A DNA stretch of 63,026 nucleotides, counting the filler, from Stramenopiles sp. TOSAG23-2 (taxonomy: Eukaryota), in assembly GCA_900128395.1 (NCBI GenBank). It is 9 parts of 9 records of this genome, joined end to end, with 100 filler letters (N's around TTAATTAATTAA, not from the genome) between each part and the next. Parts side by side here need not be neighbours in the genome. Positions count along the whole stretch, not along the records: positions 49,145 to 56,036 come from LT650386.1; positions 56,137 to 63,026 come from LT650387.1; 7 more parts are not named here. One strand, given 5' to 3'. Position numbers and translations under genes: made by a program. The notes under the pieces are model-generated. The model saw nothing but the letters and a program-made list of their open reading frames with translations. It made no database searches and had not been told where the DNA came from. Shown here piece by piece: positions 54,413 through 63,026 of this stretch (positions are counted from its first letter, which is position 1; the number at the start of each line of letters is the position of its first letter).

Positions 54413-56036
54413 TTACAAATCTGTTCCACCCTCTGGAACCCAGTCATCATCGTCATCACTATCCTGAAAATTTTCCCATTCTTTTGCAGCAAGCTCCTCT
54501 TGTTCTACCAACTGTTGCTCACCCTGTGCCATTTCATCAGCCTCTTCTGCAAGCCTTTGTGCGCCCGTAATACGAGTCTCTCTATTAGTTTTCTTACGAT
54601 ACCATGCACGCATGTCTCTCTTCCATCTTTCATAAGTATGTGTACGCCAGTACTCTTCTTCTTCCTCTGCGGCTTCAGCAGCCCGCATTTGTGCAATAAA
54701 TTCAGCCATTTCAATGCGCTTTTCCTCTGCAACTTGACGTCCCATAATACCACGCCAAACTCTTTGGATGGCAACAGCTGCTGCGTGTTGTAATGCCCGC
54801 ATTGCATCTATTTCGGCCTTTTTGACCGCCCATTTCATGGCAGCTAAGCGACCCAAATGACCGCGATATAAAGCTTGAACTTTCGTTGCACCAGCTTTCT
54901 CCAAATTACGTCTACGAACCATAAGAAGCATATTTTGCCTTTGCTTGTCTCTTTCTTTTTGTATACGTTTAGATCGTCTTTCGCGACCTAATTGTGCCTT
55001 GGCATCTGCATCTTGCGCTTTCTTCAGGCGTAACTTTAACATATTTTGCTCTTTCTCCATCATTTCCCTTTCCGCAGTCACTTCTCTTGGTGGTGCTTTT
55101 CCTTCTAATGCCATAGCAGCTTTCCTACCAGACCATGTTTCATATTGCCGGCGTACCAATGTCATTGCTCGGAAGTATTGGAGGGTTAAACTGAATATGC
55201 CAAATTTTAAGTTTGTTTCCGTTTGCTTCAGCAAATGATCTTGATCGGAACCAGCACGAATTGCCTTCTTCTTCTCTATTGTCAGCGCAGCATCTTTGGC
55301 AATAATAGCCAATTTATCTTCAGGGGCACCACGTTGCTCAGCCTCTCCACCACGATCTGCAAATCCACCTTGAGACAACAAATGTGCTTCATGTACGCGT
55401 ATTGGCCCATCTTTTTTCAACGATGGGACATATCCCATTGCAGGTAACTTCGATTCTCTTTCACCAAAATACCAACCTTCCAACATCCATTGCAATATAT
55501 CATCTACAATTTCCAATGATACTTGCAACGCAATAATTTTATTGCGTTCCCTTTCCAATGCAACAATGACATTTTTCGTCCATTGCATTTGCTTGAAACC
55601 ATGCAAAACTACCGTTTCCACATAATCTTCTCTTACGGAATATGCATAATGCAATTCTTTGTCTATATCATGGAGCTTCACTAATTTAAAGGTATATTCC
55701 AACTCCCATTGTAGCTCATGCTCTGCATCTTCACGCGTCATTTCCGGTATTCCACCATTAACAACGCTCCTAACAATGGTTGATTGGATCATTTTCTGTG
55801 ATTTATCAATATTTCTTATCCTCGCGCGCTCTAAATCTAATGTTTTGCGTCTTTTTTGAACCACCTCGTATTGAATCGGCTCAACCCACGCACATTCTTT
55901 TTTTCGACAGGCTATACAGCCATTCGGGCCTAATGCTGCCAGCTCCTTCTGAAGAGCCTGGTCTTTCATTGCTTTTTCTTGCTCCTTCTTGCTCATCCCA
56001 GCCATATTTGCAGAGTAACCCTTTCCAGATACTTTA
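54413..56036 (-). CDS. IQ-motif coiled-coil protein, 5'-truncated
   Basis: VQALYRGHLGR and IQRVWRGIMGR IQ motifs; frame open to the contig edge. Confidence 0.8.
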
Positions 56037-56413
56037 NNNNNNNNNNNNNNNNNNNNNNNNNNNNNNNNNNNNNNNNNNNNTTAATTAATTAANNNNNNNN
56101 NNNNNNNNNNNNNNNNNNNNNNNNNNNNNNNNNNNNTTATACTTTAGTAGCTTATACATTAAATACGTTTGAGATAGAGCCTTGAGAGAGATGAGAGAGA
56201 GTACGAGTGATATTTTTTTGTTTTTTTTTTTTTATAAAATGTATATGACAGCGTAAAAGATCGAAAAAGGGGCAGGTTTCATATGAGTATACCCGTTCTG
56301 TCCGTCAAAAAAAAGATATTAATAATAATATATTATTATTAATAATAAAATTTAAATTTGCATTTCAAGGAACTCAAGACTTTGTTGCAAGTGACCAAGC
56401 TGATTGTTCTGAT

Positions 56414-59400
56414 GTGATCATTTTTTTCGGAATGAGCAAATCTATAATTTTCGTGGCTGTTGCAGTGGTCAGTTTCTTCAACATTATCATCCAAAGCAGT
56501 GCATCATATTTCGTAAAAAATGTGGAGCAACATCCAAATGTAACCGCAGTTACGGATAGTCAAATTATGCATGATCCATCTAAATGCGAGCGAAAAGTTA
56601 ATGGCAAATGGGAAAAGCTTAATGGTGCAGAAGATGTTAATGATGATTTTAATGATGCTTGTTGTATGGGAGATATTTCAGAAGAAACACTTTTAGAAGC
56701 AAGAAAAAAATATAGATGTGGTCCTGGTTCTGACATTGTATGGGGTTGCGGTAGATATGGATGTTGGCCCGGAGCTTCTGGTTTCCGCTGTTATCCTTTT
56801 GGGACGCTGCAAAATCTACCTCGAACGAACGATTATCAAAGACGTTTTGGAAAAAATGTGGGCGGAAAATCTTTTTGCTTGCTAAACAGCGGTGATATCC
56901 TAAACGATGATAGATTCAAGGGTAATGGATTAAATTACACAGATGCTGTAAGTCTATGCAAAGCTTATGGCGCTAGTGTAGGAGGACGCAATTGGCGTAT
57001 AGCTAATCTAAGCATGGGAGAAAAATTATTGATAACTTCAAAATTTACTGGGAGCGTTCCAAAAATGAAGGCATGGACTCAAATGGACATAAAGTATGTC
57101 TACAATATAAATTATGTTGGACCTACAGTTATGTTTTGTGATGCTGAACCCGTGATGAATCGGCAGTGTTGTAATCTAGGTGTTGGAAAGTACGGTCATG
57201 ATGGGTATCCAAATGACATTTTAACTTCTCGTCCGTGTCCAGGTAAAAAACAAATAATTGAGGTACCCGATGAGTGTACAGTGACGATGGTTTCTGGCAA
57301 TGATGATGATGTAGAATGGACTTTAGGTCCTGGTTTACATTCTATACACTCAAGTAAAAGTAAAGTATTGTTTGCAATCGTAGAATGCAGTAGTAGCAGC
57401 AGCAATGGTATAAAAAATCTACTTCATCCAAGTTACTGGATACCGGCATCTAATAATACAATAAAAAGGAGAAACGAAGAATTTTTACGTTGGGCAAATG
57501 CATCACGCGATTATTCTGCTCGTTGCCCAGTTATGCAATTTAGTGGGCAAGGAGTGCATATCTGTAATTCTGTTGCAGATTCAAAATGGCGAAGGAGATT
57601 AGGGGGTAAGGAGAAGATCGAGTGCGGTAATAAATTCTTTGGAAACCTAAAAACAGAAATGAATGTACTTTGCCAGGGAGAGACGAATTTATCAGCTACT
57701 ACTACCAAGTGCATAACAATCCCCGACGCGCAGCCAGATATTTCAGCCTTTGTACAAAAGTTACTTGTAGAAAAAGAAACTAAATGCGACACTGATCGTG
57801 TTTTTTACCACCTTTATGGTGACGACATTTCTTTTATTGCCGATAACATACCTGCTATAAAAAATGCTGTGCAACATAGATCCAAAGATACGGATATAAG
57901 AAAGATTCAAAGAACATTGCTACGTAAATATATACGATGTGATGATTTTGTTGGAATAACACTGGAAACAATTTGTCCAGCAAATTTTCACTTGGATACC
58001 TCGGAACATATTAGTCCTTTCACTCTTATTGCAACTGCCGCCTGTCGTGTTTTGCTGATTCTGATTCAATTGCTTCTTAAGCTCATATTTTATGCATTAT
58101 ACTTTATCTTTTCCTGGATTAGTACAAAATGTCTATCAAAATTTAAAATTTTAATCGGTGCCAAAGATAATGATGCAATATTCTTCCAAAAGTTACGCTG
58201 TGATCAATGTTGTTGTTGTGACTATGATAGCGAGGATGAAGATGCTGGAATTGGAGACAATGTAGGAGAAAAGCACCTATTTAATCGTAATGCCAAGGTT
58301 ACCCCAGCCTCTATAACTGAAAACGAAGCCCTGGAAATAGATACACTTACAAAAGAAGAAGAAGATGATGAAGAGGTGGAAATAACGGAGGCAATGGAGA
58401 AAATGTTTATCGGTCTCTCTAACGCTAGTAAAAAAATTCTAGTATCTATGCCGTACGAGGATAAAAAAAATTTGCTCACTACGTGTGTAACTACAAACGA
58501 AGAATCAAAAAGATTGTTGAATCAATTATTATCTTTAGACGAAAACGATGATGATACTGAAACAATTCATACCTGTTGTTGCTTTAAAGATTTTTGTATA
58601 GAATCTCGAAATGATGCCAGCCAAAGCTCTGATACTGATGGAAGGTATTATGTGCTATGGATTACTCTACGTCTAATGCATACAATTGTTGTCCTCGTAG
58701 CTGTTATCCTTTACTGGTCATCAGGTTCTATGTGGAAACCAACAGGATCTTTTCTTTGCACCTGGAGTCAGTTAGTAATGTTGCCCTTGTTTAAACCGGT
58801 TATGTTCAGTATGGCTCCAGCTATAACACCACTTGTAGAATTATTAAATTGGCAATACTATCGAAAGACAGGCTCGCCGAAAGATTACTCGGGTACCATT
58901 GTACCGCATAAACCGTTAATTAAACCAGATTGCTTTGGTTACTTATATATATATTTAGTATGTCTGGTTTTCTTTGTTTGGTTTTTCGTGAGCCTAGTGT
59001 TTTTGCCACTGGTGTTCCTAGATGCGATGTGGTGGAATATATTTTCCTTTATGATGGCCGTTGCTGCTGGTACAATGATAATACCATCTATTGGATTTGC
59101 AGGTGTTAGCGGTGGTAAGGTATTAAAATTTGCAGATGTGCATGAACTTCAAGGCTGGGCAAATCGTCAACTTTTGCAATTAGACGAAAATGAAAGTATA
59201 ATTCGTCCGAAAGTCAGATGCGGCGACTTAATAATGTTTCATTGGTTGGAACCAGGTGAAAAAAAGAAAAGTTGGAGAAGAGGTAGGGTAAAAGGAAACG
59301 ACAAGAAGGAAACGTACACTGTGACTACGTTGTATGATGAATATCATGGTGACTACGGAAATGATGACAATGAAAAAATATACAAGATAAAAAAGAGAAG

Positions 59401-62400
59401 TGTATACTGCGAAAGTTTTTGGTGTATAGTAGTACGGGGTATAATACAACATAAAAAGGTCAACGAAGAAGAAACTGAGACTGTAAAGATACACTACAAA
59501 TATTATCATCAAGACGGTTGTATATGTTATAAAGATAAATATAAAGCAGATTTTATTACTTTACGTAGGGAAAATTTATTTCAGTTTGATGATGGCAACG
59601 GGGACAAAACCAACGTAGAAAATGGAGATATAATTTCTGATGGCGAAATGACTGCACAACAAGAAAATTCTGAGCAGAATGTCGACGAGGAAAAAGAATG
59701 CGAGGAATTGGCCCAGAGAACACAAATCGAGTTATTTCAGTTTGATGATGGTAACGGGGACAAAACCAACGTAGAAAATGGAGATATAATTTCTGTTGGC
59801 GAAATAAGTGCACAAGAACGCGTGGAATTGGCCCGGAGACAACAAATCGAGTTATTAACATTGAAAACATTATTTTTGTCTTACATAGCAGCAATAGCGT
59901 TTGCCGTTGGTGCCGCACCGCTTTATCACCATGGGAAAAATTACATAGAAGATATGCCGGGAGTGTGGAATCTATTCCCACCATTACCTCCACCTCCAGA
60001 GATTGTGATTCCTGAAATTGGATTTCCGATATTCACATTTGTATTTGTTATTTTTATTGAGTTACCACGTTTTTTGTTTGAATGGTTATTTCTAGACTTA
60101 ATTTGGCCCTTTCCAACAACGTTAAGAATTGAATTTCAATCAATACTAATTTTAAGTTTGGCATTAACTGGTTTTGAATTGATTTATGAAATGATGTGGA
60201 GTTGTTACAAAAGTTCTGGCTTACATCGATACAAATCCCATACTAGACGGGTTTGTCGGAAAAGGAAACGATGGTTTAAATGCTGCGAATCTTTTTTGTT
60301 TTCACAGAGCCCCCTTGTAAGATTCCTCTCTCTCGCTCACTTTACTTTTTTACCTTTGTTTTTTTCAACGTCTCTAACATCTCTTTTCACTTTTATCACG
60401 CGCGTAAAATAGTACTGGCCAATGATATTGGTTCTTAGTCTGCCTCTTTTCTTTGGCAAATTAATGTACGCAATATTGTTTGTTGGATGGAATTTTTGCA
60501 CTGTATCTTGGTTGTTTATTCTTTCCATCTGGCCAATTATTGATTATTTGTGTGGAAGGAAAAACACGGAACTTATGTGGGACAGCCACAATGTAATTGG
60601 CAGACGACTGGTAGAGGACTACACTACGTCGTGGGATTGGAAGTTTCTCTCTTTTCCATTCTATGTAGATTGCTGTTTCTGTAGTAAGAAGCAAGGAGGA
60701 AGAGAAAATATCCCCAGACGCAAATGGTTACAGTACACAGCCGTTACATTATTTGTTTATTTAACAAATCTCTATGTACCGTATGAAATAAAGCAATACG
60801 AGCAATACCCAAAAGTGCGATTTGGCAACAAGTATGTCGATATTGTAGTCATAATAGCCGTACTGTGTCTTCGTTGTATTTGGATACTATGGACTACCGT
60901 TTATGCATCCATTTTCATTTTGAAGAAAGTAATGAAAAAAGAAATGGTGCAAGATTATGGTAACATCGGTCCTGCTATTGGTACGATTTTAGATTTTTTT
61001 TCTATTAAGGGTCTTAATTGCGGTATTCATAGTAAAAGTAAGTTTCAACAGCAAATTGTAGAAAGAAACAAAGCAATTGAAAATGAAACAAATATGTTAG
61101 AAAAGATACACGGCAGTAAGACAATTGATAACGTGTTTAGACAATGGATCAAGAACCAAGAGAATCTTGAAATTTCTAAAATTGATCTAGCGTATTGCCA
61201 TTATGCAAGCGATAAGTGGCTAACTGATTTAACTATTTACTTTTCGTCGAATCTAAGATCCAAACAAAAGCAAGGAAAAAAGAAAAAAGGGAGGAAAGGA
61301 TGTGCTGTGAAAGAGTTAATATTAACGAACTGTTCAAACATTACAAATAAAGGACTTAATCAAATTATTCTTTATTGTAGAAATTTACGACATGTGGATT
61401 TAAGAAATTGTGATCAAATTACCGACCATGCAATTATAAATCTCCTTAAGAAGTTGAAAAAAGTAAAACACTTAGATTTAAGTTACTGTGATGGAATAAC
61501 ATGCAAAAGTGTTGAAGAATTATCTCATCGTTGTAAAAATAAACAAATTCATTTAAAATATTTGAGTTTATTTGGATGCAGAGCACTTGGTCCAATTAAA
61601 AAAGACGTCTTGAAAGAGATTCTGGAAAACCAACCACAGAATTTTGAATTTCGAGTTGATATGTATTTTGTAAAACAGGAAGTACTAGACGAACTAGAAG
61701 AAAAGTTATCAAATAAAATTTTGAGAGAAAATGAAATGGCAAAATGGTGGAGAAAACGAGAAAGTTTATTAGAGCCGATTGGCCCTGGAAAACAACATGT
61801 AAGAGGATTTTGCAAAAAATGGCATAAAGAACATGTCACAAACGAGACGTTGTATTTTAAAGCCCTGTTTGGGTTGATAATTGGAAGTATATTGACTGCA
61901 GGGACAGTTATGTTTTCCTTTCTCATGGCTTCGCTTCGCGAAGAGTCAACAAATAATACAGGTTCGCTTCGCGAAGAGTCAACAAATAATACAGACGCTT
62001 TTTTTATCTTCAGCATCGTTTCAAGTATCTTTACAATGTCTGTTGCCATGACTCGAGTTCATCGAAAATATACATTTATGACTTTTTGGTTGTTGTTTTT
62101 TATGCTTTATTTGCATTACCATCGTTCCAATCTAAATCTTGCATCGTTGCTCTTATTTTCGATCATTATTGTATTAACATTATTGTATAGAAGTTGGGTA
62201 AGAAACGAATGGAATAGTTTTATGAAAACAAGCAAAGGAAAATTTCATTTAGGCAATCTCGTGTTATCAATGCTTACAATTTTTATGTTTATTTGTTACG
62301 CGATCCACTTTGCTGCTCTACGAGTTAGCACCCACAAAGATGAAAACAACAATACGGTTATTAATTTCGATTCTGTAAATGTAAGAAACGATTTTTTGGC

Positions 62401-62542
62401 ATATCCGTTTAACAATGATACAAAAGTAACCAATGACAATGTCCAAAATGTTCTAGACGCTTCACTTGTCATATTTAGTATATTTTACATGGCATTGATT
62501 TGGCTTCTTGTTTATAAAAATGAGGACAATAATAGCATTTGA
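56414..62542 (+). CDS. Very large multi-pass membrane protein with Cys-rich ectodomain and cysteine-containing LRRs; one in-frame TAG at 60410-60412
   Basis: ORFs 56414-60412 and 60422-62542 are in the same frame; signal peptide, many TM segments, LxxLxLxxCxxITD-type LRRs. Confidence 0.7.
59576..59854 (+). repeat. In-frame internal duplication (156-bp period) in the large membrane protein; a second 33-bp one lies at 61930-61994
   Basis: LFQFDDGNGDKTNVENGDIIS twice; SLREESTNNT twice. Confidence 0.85.
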
Positions 62543-63026
62543 GAGTTATATCAGATGTACAAGGAAAATCTTTGTGGCGTCCATCAGAGTGTAGATCATA
62601 AGCATAATATATTCCATGAATTAAAGTTACACATATACTACAAATTACCTTATACTTAAACGAAATTTAAATTTATTAAAATTGGTATGTGTATAGTGTA
62701 TAGTCAAAAAGAATCTTTTTGGTGTTTTGTCTGTCGACGCAGACGACTACCGGTCCGGTAGTCGTGAATTGCAATTCGTGATGAAAATAAAACTTCGTGC
62801 GCCGCGGTGCCGCGGTATTCTAATTCTATCATCCTATCAATTGACTACACATAATTTTATACTTGAAATAGGGAATATTATTAGCATTAAAATTCAAAAA
62901 TATATCAAAATACGTTAAAAAAAATGTATTTAAAAAAAAAAAAATACTATAATTAATAATAATAATGAGGTTATACGTCATCGATAGTGAAAGTACCATA
63001 TAATATCAATAATAACAATTTGTATT

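Noticed and set aside
7002-56092. TTAATTAATTAA repeated at ~7-kb spacing
   Set aside because: Artificial stop linker embedded in Ns; adjacency across linkers has no biological meaning
14314-60412. Genome-wide TAG reassignment
   Set aside because: ORFs of 1000-1700 codons contain no internal TAG, and TAG plausibly terminates genes at 984, 5689, 36600 and 51953

Overview
This window is not one locus. It is nine unrelated ~6.9-kb contigs, sorted by decreasing length (1-6957, 7058-13984, 14085-21000, 21101-28015, 28116-35027, 35128-42039, 42140-49044, 49145-56036, 56137-63026) and joined by artificial 100-nt N/TTAATTAATTAA/N linkers. The DNA is AT-rich, intron-poor and eukaryotic, probably a heterotrophic protist such as a stramenopile (inference). 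It shows signs of single-cell amplification or assembly noise: an exact 55-nt inverted copy at a contig start, exact short tandem duplications and homopolymer frameshifts. Host genes include START-like and 3-hydroxyisobutyrate dehydrogenase-family genes in a ~3-kb tandem duplication, a GH3 hexosaminidase, an atypical Arf-like GTPase, a Rieske-type oxygenase with one clear intron, an archaemetzincin, a USP9/24/34-type deubiquitinase, GT32, kinesin, peroxisomal hydratase 2, a class II-like HDAC, GatB, an MBL-fold hydrolase, cytoplasmic dynein heavy chain, PH and IQ proteins, and a very large membrane/LRR protein. Four things stand out. (1) Contig 3 ends in a Polinton/adintovirus-like viral segment (~18170-21000) with an A32-type packaging ATPase, a Polinton-type conserved ORF, a stand-alone chromodomain-like ORF, intergenic hairpins and TCTA motifs upstream of start codons. 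(2) The same contig carries a 196-bp branched hairpin with perfect 44-bp arms. (3) The HDAC catalytic domain is split by an insert carrying two RAMA-like (predicted modified-DNA reader) domains. (4) A TACGAA-S-TTCGTA palindrome recurs just downstream of host stop codons. All protein calls come from motif recognition by eye; no searches were run.
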